DNA of 64,000 nucleotides from Pseudomonadota bacterium (lineage in GTDB: Bacteria > Pseudomonadota > Alphaproteobacteria > JACQOE01), in NCBI GenBank assembly GCA_016202695.1, contig JACQOE010000048.1, positions 18,292-82,291 of the forward strand. Reading direction: 5' to 3'. Shown here in pieces: positions 9,360 to 19,694 of this stretch. The notes beneath the pieces were generated by a model. That model had not been told where the DNA came from. It made no database searches and was given only the letters and a program-made list of their open reading frames with translations. Every line of letters begins with the position of its first letter. Within the stretch, counting starts at the first letter, position 1. The position numbers were made by a program, and so were the translations under genes.

Positions 9360-9650
9360 TTATCGCCGCCGGGGTGAGGAGGCGAGGAGCGCGGCGAGCA
9401 TCGGTGCGACCCCGGTGATCGCGCCGGCGCAGCCGGCCGCATTCAGCCCCGGCACCACCGTTTCCCTGGCACGGGCATACGCCGCGATCCTCACCGCATC
9501 GCGCACCGCCGGCTTGGCGTTCAGGGCCGAGAGCGCGGCCGCGATCTCCTGGCGCATGGGCCGGTGCCAAGCGTTCAGGGCCTCCGGCCGGTTGAGGGTG
9601 AGAACGGCGACCCCGTCGTCGCCTTCCTCGAGCTGGATGAACCGGAACAT
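9360..9650 (-). pseudogene. truncated enoyl-CoA hydratase/isomerase remnant
   Basis: GAGGAG RBS then MFRFIQLEEGDDGVAVLTLNRPEALNAW (crotonase N-terminus); similarity is lost after about 50 aa; only 96 aa. Confidence 0.65.
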
Positions 9651-9791
9651 GCGGATCGGCTCCTCATCCTGCGGGGGAAGCTCCAGTTGAGCCAAAGCCA
9701 GCGGCCGCCGGCAAGGGCCTTGTCGCCCTGGATTGACCCGGGATCGGGGCCGGCGCGATCCTGATCCGTCGGATCGAAGCGGAGGCGGGCG

Positions 9792-10559
9792 ATGGCGGGA
9801 CGGGGACGACTTGCCGGCAAGGCGGCGATCGTGACCGGGGCGGCGGGCGGAATCGGGCGGGCGATCTCGCTCCGCTTCGCCGAGGAGGGGGCGGGCGTGG
9901 TCGCGGCCGACATCGACGGAGCCGGCGCCGAGCGCACGGCCGGGGCCGTCGCCGAGGCCGGTGGGCGGGCAATGGCCTGCGCCTGCGACGTCTCCCAATC
10001 GCGCTCGGCCAAGGCCGCGGTCGAGGCGGCGCTCAAGCGCTTCGGCGCCATCCACGTGCTGGTCAACAACGCCGCCATCTGGGTGGGCGATGCGAGCGTC
10101 GTCGATCTCGACGAGGCCGACTGGCAGCGGGCCGTGGCGGTGAACCTCACCGGCGCATTCCTGATGAGCAAGCACGCCGTGCCGGCGATTATCGCCGCCG
10201 GGGGCGGAAGCGTCATCCATGTCGCCTCGCAGCTCGCCCATGTCGCGCGGCCCGGGCGGCCCTGGTACTGCGCCACCAAGGGGGCGCTGATCCAGCTCGC
10301 GCGGGCGATGGCCGTCGATCACGCGGCCGGGAGGGTGCGGGTGAACACCCTGTCGCCGGGACCGACGCTGACCGAGAAGAACATTGCCCTCTACGGCGGC
10401 ATTGAGCGGGTGACCGCCGAGATGGGCGGGCGCACGCTCTTCAACCGCCTGGCCGAGCCGCGCGAGATCGCCGAGGCGGCGGTGTTCCTGGCCAGCGACG
10501 AGTCTTCCTTCATGACCGGGGCCGACCTGCTGGTGGACGGGGGCTACCTCGCCCGCTGA
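9792..10559 (+). CDS. SDR family oxidoreductase
   Basis: TGAAGGIG, NNAA, YCATK, VDGG. Confidence 0.92.
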   Translation: MAGRGRLAGKAAIVTGAAGGIGRAISLRFAEEGAGVVAADIDGAGAERTAGAVAEAGGRAMACACDVSQSRSAKAAVEAALKRFGAIHVLVNNAAIWVGDASVVDLDEADWQRAVAVNLTGAFLMSKHAVPAIIAAGGGSVIHVASQLAHVARPGRPWYCATKGALIQLARAMAVDHAAGRVRVNTLSPGPTLTEKNIALYGGIERVTAEMGGRTLFNRLAEPREIAEAAVFLASDESSFMTGADLLVDGGYLAR

Positions 10560-10639
10560 GCGCTCGCCCTCTTGTGATCGGGTCCGTGTCCGCGACGGTG
10601 CTATGCTGGCCCCCGAAATCCGCCGCCGCGCCGGTCACG

Positions 10640-11695
10640 ATGGAACGACCCCCGATCCGCCTCAACGCGCTTGCCACCGCGGTCCCGGCGCACGTGCTCG
10701 GCCAGGGAGAGGTCGAGGCCGCGGCGGCGCGGGTGTTCGCCCGGCAGTCGGAGTTGTTCGAGCGCCTCAAGGGCGCCTACGCCAACGCCGGCATCGAGCG
10801 GCGCCATTCCTGCGTGCCGCTGGAGTGGTACCTCGCGCCACACGGCTGGAAGGAGCGCCAGGCCCTGTTCGGCGAGTATGCGGTGGCGCTCTTCCAGGCG
10901 GTCGCCGAGCGGTGCCTGAGGCGCGCGGGGCTCGGCGTCGAGGCGATCGACGCGGTGATCTCGGTCACCTCGACCGGCATCGCCACGCCCTCGCTCGACG
11001 CGGTCCTGGTCGAGCGGATGGGCTTCCGGCGCGACGTGGCCCGGGTTCCCCTCTTCGGCCTGGGCTGCGCGGGCGGGGTGCTGGGGCTCGCCCGCGCCGC
11101 CGCCCTGGCACGGAGCGCGCCCGGCAGCCGGGTCCTGCTCCTGGTGGTGGAGCTCTGCGGCCTCACTTTCCGCATGAGCGATCTCTCCAAGAGCAACCTG
11201 ATCGCGACCGCGCTTTTCGGCGACGGGGCGGCCGGGGCGGTCGTCTCGACCGCGGGCGGGGGGCCGGTCGTCGCCGGCTGGGGCGAGCACACCTGGCCGG
11301 CGAGCCTGGGGGTCATGGGCTGGAACGTCGAGGACGACGGCTTTGGGGTGCTGTTCTCGCGCGACATCCCGGCGCTGGTGCGCGAGCGCATGGCCGAGGC
11401 GGCGCGCGGGGCGCTGGCGGCGATGGGCCTCGGCCTCGCCGACATCGACCGGGTGGTGAGCCACCCGGGCGGGGCGAAGGTGATCGTCGCCCTCGAGGAG
11501 GCGCTCGGGCTCGCGCCCGGTACCATGGCCGAGGCGCGCGAGGTGCTGCGCACCCACGGCAACATGTCGTCGGCGACCGTGTTCTTCGTCCTCGAACGGG
11601 TGCTCGCCGGGGCGGCGCGGGCTCCCGAGCGTTATCTCCTGACCGCGCTCGGACCCGGATTCACCGCCGCGTTCCTGGTCCTGGAGCGGGGGTGA
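10640..11695 (+). CDS. type III polyketide synthase (BpsA/SrsA-like)
   Basis: Catalytic Cys-His-Asn in GLGCAGG, SHPGG, HGNMSS; also LFGDGA and ALGPGF. Confidence 0.92.
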   Translation: MERPPIRLNALATAVPAHVLGQGEVEAAAARVFARQSELFERLKGAYANAGIERRHSCVPLEWYLAPHGWKERQALFGEYAVALFQAVAERCLRRAGLGVEAIDAVISVTSTGIATPSLDAVLVERMGFRRDVARVPLFGLGCAGGVLGLARAAALARSAPGSRVLLLVVELCGLTFRMSDLSKSNLIATALFGDGAAGAVVSTAGGGPVVAGWGEHTWPASLGVMGWNVEDDGFGVLFSRDIPALVRERMAEAARGALAAMGLGLADIDRVVSHPGGAKVIVALEEALGLAPGTMAEAREVLRTHGNMSSATVFFVLERVLAGAARAPERYLLTALGPGFTAAFLVLERG

Positions 11696-12198
11696 GCGAG
11701 CTTTTCGGACCGGTCCACCTGGTGGTCGCGCTGGTCGCGCTCCAGCGCCTCGCCGAGCTCGCCTATGCCCGGCGGAACACCCGCCGGCTCCTCGCCGAGG
11801 GCGGAGTCGAGGCCGGCGCCGGCCACTACCCGCTGATCGTGCTCCTGCACGCGGGCTGGCTGGCCGCGCTCGCGCTCCTCGTGCCGGCGGACGAGCCGGT
11901 TCGCTGGCCGGCGCTCCTCGCCTTCCTGGCGCTCCAGCCGCTCCGCCTCTGGGTCCTCGTCGCGCTCGGGCGCCGCTGGACGACGCGGATCATCACGCTT
12001 CCGGGGGCGCCCTTGGTGCGGAGTGGCCCCTACCGGTTCTTCCGCCATCCCAACTACGCCCTCGTCGCCGCCGAGGTGGCGCTGCTTCCGCTTGCCTTCG
12101 ATGCCTTGGCGATCGCGGCCGTCTTCTCCGCCCTCAACCTCGCCCTCCTCGCCTGGCGGGTCCGCATCGAGGAGCGCGCCTTGGCCGCGCGCCGGTGA
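11692..12198 (+). CDS. isoprenylcysteine carboxyl methyltransferase family protein (BpsB/SrsB-like)
   Basis: GTGA overlap with the PKS stop; QRLAEL..ARRNT, HYP, LGRRWTTRI, GPYRFFRHPNY, RVRIEERAL. Confidence 0.9.
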   Translation: MSELFGPVHLVVALVALQRLAELAYARRNTRRLLAEGGVEAGAGHYPLIVLLHAGWLAALALLVPADEPVRWPALLAFLALQPLRLWVLVALGRRWTTRIITLPGAPLVRSGPYRFFRHPNYALVAAEVALLPLAFDALAIAAVFSALNLALLAWRVRIEERALAARR

Positions 12199-12956
12199 TG
12201 ATGAGCCCCGAGGACCGCGCCCGCGCCTTCGCCGCCCTCGGGCTGCCGCGCGTGATCGGCCATCGCGGCGCCGCCGGGCATGCGCCCGAGAACACGCTCG
12301 CCGGGCTCGTAGCTTGCGCGCGGCTTGGGGCGCGCTGGGCCGAGGTGGACGTGCGGCTCACCGCTTGCGGCCGGCCCGTGCTGCTGCACGACGAGACCCT
12401 CGAGCGCACGACCGGCGGCAGGGGCCCGGTGGCGGAGCGGCCCTATGCCGAGATCGCGGCCCTCGATGCCGGCGCGTGGTTCTCCCCCGCCTTTACCGGG
12501 GAGCGCATCCCGACGCTTACCGAGGCCCTGGCCTGCTGCCGGCGGCTCGGGCTCGGCCTCAACGTTGAGGTCAAGCCCTGTCCGGGGCGCGAGGCCGAGG
12601 CCGCCGCCGTGCTCGCCCGCTCCCTGTCCGTCCAACCGGGCGTGGCGGTCCTCGCCTCGAGCTTCGCCGCCGAGGTCCTGGCCGCCCTCGCCGAGGCGGC
12701 CCCGGGCCTCGCGCGCGGCCTCGTGATCGAGCGGGCCCCGCGGCCCGAGGAGGCGGAGGCCCTCGCCCCGGGGGTGGTGTCGCTGCACGTCGCCGAGCGC
12801 ACCCTCACCCCCGCCGGCGCCCGGGCGCTGAAGGGCGCCGGTTTCGGCCTCCTCGCCTACACGGTCAACGGCCGCCGGCGCGGCCGCGCGCTCCTCTTCC
12901 GGGGGGTGGATGCGGTGATCAGCGACTACCCCGACCGGCTTCTTTCCCTCGCCTGA
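12198..12956 (+). CDS. glycerophosphodiester phosphodiesterase (UgpQ-like)
   Basis: IGHRGA..APENT, EVDV, HDETLERTT, NVEVK, YTVN, ISDYP. Confidence 0.9.
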   Translation: MMSPEDRARAFAALGLPRVIGHRGAAGHAPENTLAGLVACARLGARWAEVDVRLTACGRPVLLHDETLERTTGGRGPVAERPYAEIAALDAGAWFSPAFTGERIPTLTEALACCRRLGLGLNVEVKPCPGREAEAAAVLARSLSVQPGVAVLASSFAAEVLAALAEAAPGLARGLVIERAPRPEEAEALAPGVVSLHVAERTLTPAGARALKGAGFGLLAYTVNGRRRGRALLFRGVDAVISDYPDRLLSLA

Positions 12957-13004
12957 GGGCCGACGGGCGGCCGGGGAAAGGCCGGCTTGCCCGGCCCTTC
13001 CGAA

Positions 13005-13019
13005 TGGGCTACGCTTTGC
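13005..13019 (+). promoter_or_regulatory. possible sigma54 (-24/-12) promoter of the TRAP operon
   Basis: TGGGCTACGCTTTGC: GG-N10-GC spacing with TTGC, but an imperfect -24 box. Confidence 0.35.
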
Positions 13020-13203
13020 CATGCGTCTCGGCGGGTAACAGAGATGCGATCAACGTTGAACCAACAACAGATCCAATAACAACCATCACCGCTCCTTGCC
13101 GCCCGCGGAGCGGAGTCCGGAAAGGCTGGAACATCGCATCCGTCGGCCTGCCTCTGCGGAGGGTCACGGAGGCACTTGGCGCGGATTTCATAAGGAGGCA
13201 GGG

Positions 13204-14289
13204 ATGTTGGCAAGACTGTATCAAGTTGGGCTCGGCCTCGGGCTCGGCCTCGCGGTCGGCCTTTCCGGCGCGCTTGCGCAAGATTTCCCGAAGGTGCACC
13301 TCAAGACCATCGGTTCCAATCCCGGCACGTCGAACCTCGAGGACATCCACAAGCCACTCTTCCTCGAGCGCCTGCCCCAGGTGACGGGCGGCCGCGTGAC
13401 CGCCGATGTCATCGCCCAGAGCGAGGCGGGCATCAAGGGGCCCGAGTTCTTCCGCATGGCCAACCTGGGGGTCGCCGACATCTTCACCGCGACGGCGACC
13501 TACGCCTCCGGCGAGCTGCCGATGATCGAGGGCATCGAGGTCTCGGGGCTGATCCAGGACGTTCCCACCCTCAGGAAGGTGATAGCGGTGGCCCTGCCGC
13601 GGCTCGAGAAGATGTACCTGGAGCGGGCCAACGTCATGCCCCTTACCATGTGGCCGACGGGCGGGCAGATCTTCTGGTGCGCGGTGCCGCTCAACAACAT
13701 CGCCGACCTGAAGGGGAAGAGGACCCGGGTCTTTTCCTCGTCGATGGCCGAGTTCGTCGAGGCGCTCGGCGCCGTTCCCGTGACCATCCCGTTCTCCGAG
13801 GTGGTCCCGGGCATGCAGCGCAAGGTGATCGACTGCGCCATCACCGGCTCCAACTCCGGCAACCTGGCGAAGTGGACCGAGGTCGCCACCCACATCTATC
13901 CCATGATCGTGCAGTGGAGCGTCATGTCGATGGTGGCGAGCAAGGGCTCCTGGGCCAAGCTCGACCCCAGGGTCCAGCAGGTGATCCTGAAGGAGGCCAA
14001 CGGCTGGGCGGCCGCGCGCGGCTGGAAGATGGCCGAGGAGGCCACCGACCACGGCGTCTGGTGCACGGTCAACGACCCGCGTTGCGTAACGACCGTCACC
14101 AAGCCGCGGCCGCTCAACAAGACCAACCTGACGCTCGTTCCCGTGACAGCGGAGGACCAGAAGACCCGGCTCAGGATCCTGCAGGAGGTCGCCCTGCCGA
14201 AATTCGCCAAGCGCTGCGGCAAGGAGTGCACCGACTGGTTCAACGACACGGTCGGGAAGACACTCGGCGTCACCGCCAAGGCGATGTGA
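13204..14289 (+). CDS. dctP: TRAP transporter substrate-binding protein
   Basis: AAGGAGG RBS, signal peptide ending ALA-Q, DLKGKRTRV, LGAVPVTIPFSEV; followed by small and large permeases. Confidence 0.92.
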   Translation: MLARLYQVGLGLGLGLAVGLSGALAQDFPKVHLKTIGSNPGTSNLEDIHKPLFLERLPQVTGGRVTADVIAQSEAGIKGPEFFRMANLGVADIFTATATYASGELPMIEGIEVSGLIQDVPTLRKVIAVALPRLEKMYLERANVMPLTMWPTGGQIFWCAVPLNNIADLKGKRTRVFSSSMAEFVEALGAVPVTIPFSEVVPGMQRKVIDCAITGSNSGNLAKWTEVATHIYPMIVQWSVMSMVASKGSWAKLDPRVQQVILKEANGWAAARGWKMAEEATDHGVWCTVNDPRCVTTVTKPRPLNKTNLTLVPVTAEDQKTRLRILQEVALPKFAKRCGKECTDWFNDTVGKTLGVTAKAM

Positions 14290-14307
14290 TCCGGGTCACG
14301 TAGGGTG

Positions 14308-14339
14308 CGGGCAGGCGCGGACCTTGCCGCGCCTGCCCG
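14308..14339 (+). terminator. GC-rich stem-loop after dctP (mRNA stabiliser or attenuator)
   Basis: CGGGCAGGCGCGG-loop-CCGCGCCTGCCCG, 13-bp stem, no U tail. Confidence 0.5.
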
Positions 14340-14456
14340 GCCGCGCGCTTCCGGGAGATCGGCCGGAACCCACCTCGACGGAGACGCGACCGTCAAGGCC
14401 GAGCCCACCGGCGCGCCGGCGGCTATGGCGGTTTCGATTGGGGGAGGGGGATCGAG

Positions 14457-15050
14457 ATGGATCGCGTCCACGCGATAGCCGAGAGGATCGCAAACTTCGG
14501 CGCCTACGGCGGGTGCATGCTGCTTTTCGTTGCGGCGGTGGTGGTCAGCGTCGAGGTGGTGATTCGCAAGCTCTTCGGGCTCTCGCTGGGCGGCGCGGAC
14601 GAGCTTGGCGGTTACGCCCTCGGCATCAGCATGGCCTGGGGCTACTCCTTTGCCCTGTTCAAGAAGACGCACATCCGCGTCGACGCGATCTACCTTCGTT
14701 TTCCGCTCGCCGTTCGCTCGGTTCTCGACGTGGTCTCGCTCGCCAGCTTCACGGCGATGGTCGCGATGCTCTGCTACCGCGCCGCCTTCGTCATCTCCGA
14801 GACCATCCGCCTCGAGGCGCGGTCGAGCACGCCGCTCGCCACTCCCCTGATCGTGCCGCAGGGCCTGTGGATGGCCGGGCTCGTCTTCTTCCTCTTCTGC
14901 CTCGCCCTGTTTACGGTCCGCACCGCGCAGGCGCTGTGGCGGCGCGATCTCGCCGCCGTGCAGCGCCTGGCGGCGCCGCTCTCGGTGACCGAGGAGGTGG
15001 CGGAGGAAGTGGCCTCGGCCGCCACCCGGCTGCGCGCGGGCGCCGACTGA
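14457..15050 (+). CDS. dctQ: TRAP transporter small permease
   Basis: Four TM segments, EVVIRK..G...ADEL, HIRVD. Confidence 0.9.
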   Translation: MDRVHAIAERIANFGAYGGCMLLFVAAVVVSVEVVIRKLFGLSLGGADELGGYALGISMAWGYSFALFKKTHIRVDAIYLRFPLAVRSVLDVVSLASFTAMVAMLCYRAAFVISETIRLEARSSTPLATPLIVPQGLWMAGLVFFLFCLALFTVRTAQALWRRDLAAVQRLAAPLSVTEEVAEEVASAATRLRAGAD

Positions 15051-15060
15051 GAGGCCCGGG

Positions 15061-16347
15061 ATGCTGACCACCGCCTTCCTCGCCCTCCTCGTCTTCATCG
15101 CGCTCGGCCTGCCGATGGCCGTGGTGCTCGGCTTCCTCGGCCTGTTCCTCGATGTGACCTTTGCCTTCCTGCCCCTGCACAAGGCCTTCGGCGAGATTTT
15201 CTGGGCGCACAATATCGACTTCGTCCTCGCCGCGATTCCACTCTACATCCTCATGGGCGAGATCATCCTGCGGGCCGGGATCGCGGACCGGATGTACAAC
15301 AGCATGGCGCACTGGCTCTCCTGGCTGCCGGGCGGGCTCATGCACGCCAACATCGGCACCTGCGCGGCGTTCGCCGCGACCTCGGGATCGAGCGTGGCCA
15401 CGGCCGCCACCATCGGCGTCGTCGGCATGCCGCAGATCGAGCGGCGCGGCTACAACGAGCGCCTGTTCCTCGGCAGTCTCGCCGCCGGCGGGACGCTGGG
15501 CATCCTGATCCCGCCCTCGATCAACATGATCGTCTACGGCTTCCTCACCGAGACCTCAGTGCCGCGACTCTATTCGGCCGGCATCATCCCGGGCATCCTG
15601 CTCACCGCGTTCTACATGGCGGTGATCCTCGCCTCCTGCCTGCTGCGGCCGGAATGGGGCGGCCGGCCCGAGCGCTCGACCTGGGGCCGGCGCCTGCGGA
15701 GCCTGGTCGACCTGGTGCCGCCGGTGATCCTTTTCCTCCTCGTCGTCGGCTCGATCTATGCCGGCTGGGCGACGCCCACCGAGGCGGCGGCGCTAGGCGT
15801 CGTCGCCGCGGTGGGCCTGGCCGCCTGGAACCGGCGCCTCAATACCGCCATGCTGCGCGAGGCGGCCGAGGGCACCATGCGCACCGCGGCAATGATGATC
15901 CTGATCCTCATCGTCGCCTTCTTCCTCAACTTCGTCCTCGCCTCGATCGGACTGGTCACCGTGGTCAACAACTTCATCCAGGGCCTCGGGCTGGCGCCGA
16001 TGACCACCGTGCTCATCATCATCGGCATCTACGTCGTCCTCGGCATGTTCATGGAGACGTTGGCGATGGTGGTCCTCACGGTGCCGATCATCACGCCGGT
16101 GGTCGTCGCGCTCGGCTTCGACCCGGTCTGGTTCGGGATCATCATCGTGATCATGAGCGAAACCGCGCTCCTCACCCCGCCGGTGGGGATGCTCTGCTAC
16201 GTCATCCAGGGCATCCGCGGCCGCGGCGAGCTGACCGACATCTTCATCGGCGTCACCCCGTTCTACGGCGCGCTCGCCGCCCTGATCGGGTTGCTGCTGG
16301 CCTTCCCCGAGCTCGCGCTCTTCCTGCCGCGGCTTTTCTACGGCTGA
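15061..16347 (+). CDS. dctM: TRAP transporter large permease
   Basis: AIPLYILMG, SGSSVAT, GGTLGILIPPS, TPTEAAA, TPPVG. Confidence 0.94.
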   Translation: MLTTAFLALLVFIALGLPMAVVLGFLGLFLDVTFAFLPLHKAFGEIFWAHNIDFVLAAIPLYILMGEIILRAGIADRMYNSMAHWLSWLPGGLMHANIGTCAAFAATSGSSVATAATIGVVGMPQIERRGYNERLFLGSLAAGGTLGILIPPSINMIVYGFLTETSVPRLYSAGIIPGILLTAFYMAVILASCLLRPEWGGRPERSTWGRRLRSLVDLVPPVILFLLVVGSIYAGWATPTEAAALGVVAAVGLAAWNRRLNTAMLREAAEGTMRTAAMMILILIVAFFLNFVLASIGLVTVVNNFIQGLGLAPMTTVLIIIGIYVVLGMFMETLAMVVLTVPIITPVVVALGFDPVWFGIIIVIMSETALLTPPVGMLCYVIQGIRGRGELTDIFIGVTPFYGALAALIGLLLAFPELALFLPRLFYG

Positions 16348-16382
16348 GCCGCCGGCCGGCGCCGCGCCGCGGCGAGCCGATG

Positions 16383-16814
16383 TCAGTTCTCCGGCTTCTC
16401 CGACTCGGGCTCGGTGTCCGCGGGATAACGCACCACCAGGTCCCGCAAGGTGACGATCCCGACTGGCTGGCGCTCGGCGTCGACGACCAGGGCGCGCGAG
16501 AGCCCGAGCCGGACCAGCAGGCGGACGGCGTACTTCACGTGCATGTCGGAGGGCAGCGTCACCACCGGCTTCGACATGACCTCGTAGACGTTGACCCGGC
16601 TGGGCGCGCGTCCCTTGGCGATCACCTCGCGGGCGATGTCGGAGACGACGAGCAGCCCGAACTCGTCGGATTCGTCGCGGCGCTCGACGGCGAGCGAGCT
16701 CACGCTCGCCTCGCGCATGGCGTCGATCGCCTCCTTGACGGTGGCGGTCCGCCCGATGGTGCGGACCTCGGTCACCATCACGTCGCGGACCTTGGGATAG
16801 GCGACCTCGCTCAT
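16383..16814 (-). CDS. CBS-domain pair protein
   Basis: MSEVAYPKVRDVM...V.EVMSKP...GIVTLRDL; ATG 16814 overlaps the PII stop (ATGA). Confidence 0.88.
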   Translation of the reverse strand: MSEVAYPKVRDVMVTEVRTIGRTATVKEAIDAMREASVSSLAVERRDESDEFGLLVVSDIAREVIAKGRAPSRVNVYEVMSKPVVTLPSDMHVKYAVRLLVRLGLSRALVVDAERQPVGIVTLRDLVVRYPADTEPESEKPEN

Positions 16815-17161
16815 ACCTCCTCCTCGACCTCTTCGAGCAGGGCCGGCATCTGCGTCTTCAGGCCGACCGCGTCCTCGATCGCGAGCTGGAAGGCGAGCCC
16901 GGCCCCGTGCTCCTCGTCGAAGTGGCCCGCCTTGGCGATCGTCTCGAGGATCTCCCTCGCCCGCGGCGCGGCGACCAGGAAGAGGACGACATCCATCTGG
17001 GCGGCAAGCTCGAGCCCGAGGAAGGTCTTCCCGGGCTCCAGCCCTTCGCCGCGGCAGTTGGTGATCACGGTCGCCCCGGTCGCGCCGGCTTGCCGAGCGG
17101 CATCGATCACCGCTTCGGACCCGCCCTCCTTGACCAGGGCGACGACGAGCTTCAGGTTCAT
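16811..17161 (-). CDS. PII-like signal transduction protein
   Basis: 116 aa; MKLVVALV, AGATGATV...RGEG, G.GLAF...IEDAVG; lacks the GlnB T-loop Tyr. Confidence 0.88.
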   Translation of the reverse strand: MNLKLVVALVKEGGSEAVIDAARQAGATGATVITNCRGEGLEPGKTFLGLELAAQMDVVLFLVAAPRAREILETIAKAGHFDEEHGAGLAFQLAIEDAVGLKTQMPALLEEVEEEV

Positions 17162-17955
17162 TCCGCGTCCTCCTCTTCCCCTCTCCCTTTCCGACCGGTG
17201 AGCCGGGACGCCAGCAGCGCGTAGCCCATGACGGAGAGCATCGGGAACAGGGCCGCAAACGCGATCAAACCGAACCCGTCGACGAGGGGGTTGCGCCCCG
17301 GCACCGTCGACGCCAGCCCGAGGCCGAGCGCGGCCAGGATCGGGACCGTCACGGTCGAGGTGGTCACGCCGCCCGAGTCGTAAGCGAGCGCGACGATGCT
17401 CCTGTCCACCCGCATGGTCTGCACGACGACGACAGCGTAGCCGACGAGGATGAAATAGACGAGGGGGATGCCGGTCACGATCCGGAGCGCCCCCAGCGCC
17501 ACCCCGACCGACACGCCGAGCGCGACGACCAGCCTGAGCCAGCCGGGCCGCACCGTCCCGCCCGACACCTCGTGCGCCTTCCGTGCCACCGCGATCAGGG
17601 CCGGCTCGGCGATCGTGCAGGCGAAGCCAATCGCCGCGGCGAACGCATAGGCCCAGCCGTAGCCGCGCCAGTCGGTCGCGCCCGCCGCGCCGCCGACGAA
17701 GGCGGAGGCCGAAAGCTGCCTCGCCATCGTCTCGCCGATCGGGAAGAGCGCCTCTCCGAGTCCGACCAGGAAGAGCGTCATCCCGACGATCACGTAGATC
17801 GTCCCGGCGGCGATTCGGCGCAGGTTCGGCGGTCGCCTCCGGATGATTAGCGCCTGAAAGACGAACAGGACCACGACGATCGGCGTCACGTCGGCGAGCG
17901 TGGCCAAGGCCGTTCGCGAGAGGTGCTCGACAAGCGCCACGGCGGTTCCGCTCAC
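17158..17955 (-). CDS. DUF1538 family membrane protein
   Basis: [35 protein letters not shown]; GTG start overlaps the upstream stop. Confidence 0.88.
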   Translation of the reverse strand: MSGTAVALVEHLSRTALATLADVTPIVVVLFVFQALIIRRRPPNLRRIAAGTIYVIVGMTLFLVGLGEALFPIGETMARQLSASAFVGGAAGATDWRGYGWAYAFAAAIGFACTIAEPALIAVARKAHEVSGGTVRPGWLRLVVALGVSVGVALGALRIVTGIPLVYFILVGYAVVVVQTMRVDRSIVALAYDSGGVTTSTVTVPILAALGLGLASTVPGRNPLVDGFGLIAFAALFPMLSVMGYALLASRLTGRKGRGEEEDAE

Positions 17956-18686
17956 CGGAGCATGCCGAAGGCGAGTACGAAGATCATGGGCGTCAGGCTC
18001 GCGAACGCGATCAGGCCGAAGCCGTCGACCATCGGGTTGCGTCCGCGGATCGCCTGCGCGAGGCCCACTCCCAGGGCCGCCACCAGCGGCACCGTGACCG
18101 TGGAGGTGGTGACGCCCCCGGAGTCGTAGGCGATGCCGATGATCTCGGCCGGCGCGAGCCCGGTCATGGCGAGCACGATCAGGTAGCCGCCGATGATGAA
18201 ATGCTGGATCGGCCAGCCCTTGACGATGCGCAGGACTCCGATCACCAGCGCGATCCCCACCGCGAGCGCGACGACCAGGCGCAGGGTGCCGGCGTAGTCG
18301 GCCTTGGCGGCGGCCGTGGCGGCGATCGCGCCGGCGCGGCTCGCCACCTCGGCCGCCTCGCCCGTGACCGCGATCAGGGCCGGCTCGGCGATGGTGGTGG
18401 CGAAGCCGAGGCAGAAGGCGAAGGCGAAAAGGAGGGCGAGACTTCCCCTGCGCGCCAGCGCATGCGCCATCGCCTCGCCCAGCGGGAAGAGCCCGGCCTC
18501 GAGCCCCTGCACGAAGAGCGCGAGCCCGACCACCACGAACCCGAGGCCGACCAGCACCCGGCCGAGGTCGGGAAAAGGCTGCTCCAGCACGACCGCCTGG
18601 AAGAACGCCACCACCAGCACCACCGGCGTGAGGTCGCGCAGCGCGCCGAGGAGCAGCCTCAGAATGGTGACGAGCGCAGAGGCCAT
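17952..18686 (-). CDS. DUF1538 family membrane protein
   Basis: Same signature: [29 protein letters not shown]. Confidence 0.88.
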   Translation of the reverse strand: MASALVTILRLLLGALRDLTPVVLVVAFFQAVVLEQPFPDLGRVLVGLGFVVVGLALFVQGLEAGLFPLGEAMAHALARRGSLALLFAFAFCLGFATTIAEPALIAVTGEAAEVASRAGAIAATAAAKADYAGTLRLVVALAVGIALVIGVLRIVKGWPIQHFIIGGYLIVLAMTGLAPAEIIGIAYDSGGVTTSTVTVPLVAALGVGLAQAIRGRNPMVDGFGLIAFASLTPMIFVLAFGMLR

Positions 18687-18726
18687 GCCCCGAGCGCCCC
18701 ATTGCCGCGCGCAGGCGGCCGCCGCG

Positions 18727-19578
18727 TCAGCCGGCGCGCCAGGCCACCACCTCCTGGCGCTGCTCGCCCAGGGCGTCGATGCCGAGGCGCATCACGTCGC
18801 CCGGCTTGAGGTACTGCGGCGGCTTCCTGCCCATGCCCACCCCCGCCGGCGTGCCAGTGATCAGCACGTCGCCGGGAAGGAGCGTCATGAAGCGGCTGAC
18901 ATAGGCAACCAGCACCGCCACTCCGAAGATCATGTTGGCGGTCGAACCCCGCTGCATCCGCGTCCCGTTCACCTCCAGCCAGAGGCCGAGCCGCTGCGGG
19001 TCGGGCACCTCGTCGCCGGTCACCAGCCAGGGCCCAAGGGGGGCGAAGCTGTCGCAGCTCTTGCCCTTGTCCCAGGTGCCGCCCCGCTCGAGCTGGTAGG
19101 AGCGCTCGGAGACGTCGTTGCAGATCGTGTAGCCGGCGACGAAGCGAAGGGCGTCCTTCTCCTCGACGTAGCGGGCGGTGGTGCCGATCACGACCGCGAG
19201 CTCGACCTCCCAGTCGGTCTTGGCCGAATCCTTGGGCAGCATCACCGGGTCGAAGGGCCCCGAGAGCGCCGACGTCGCCTTCATGAACACGACCGGCTCC
19301 TTGGGAACTTGCATGCCCGCCTCGGCCGCGTGGTCGGAGTAGTTGAGGCCGATGGCGACGATCTTGCCGACTTCGGCGACCGGCACCCCGAGCCGCGGCT
19401 TGCCCGCGACCGCCGGGAGCGAGGAGGGATCGAGCCGGCCGAGCCGGGCGAGGCCCGCGGCGGAGGTCGCCATGGCGTCGATGTCGGCGACGTGGCCCGA
19501 GAGGTCGCGCAGCGCGCCCGCCCCGTCGATCAGTCCGGGATTCTCGGCGCCCTTGTTGCCGTAGCGGACCAGCTTCAT
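18727..19578 (-). CDS. fumarylacetoacetate hydrolase family protein
   Basis: [39 protein letters not shown]; GAGGAG RBS. Confidence 0.92.
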   Translation of the reverse strand: MKLVRYGNKGAENPGLIDGAGALRDLSGHVADIDAMATSAAGLARLGRLDPSSLPAVAGKPRLGVPVAEVGKIVAIGLNYSDHAAEAGMQVPKEPVVFMKATSALSGPFDPVMLPKDSAKTDWEVELAVVIGTTARYVEEKDALRFVAGYTICNDVSERSYQLERGGTWDKGKSCDSFAPLGPWLVTGDEVPDPQRLGLWLEVNGTRMQRGSTANMIFGVAVLVAYVSRFMTLLPGDVLITGTPAGVGMGRKPPQYLKPGDVMRLGIDALGEQRQEVVAWRAG

Positions 19579-19694
19579 TCTCTCCTCCTCAAGCGGGGTT
19601 GGGCGTCGAGGGCCGACTCTACGCGAGCGCCGCCGGGCGCACACCCTACGTGGGCGCCCCTTGCGGAAGGCGCCATGCGGGTGCCGGAGAGCGG

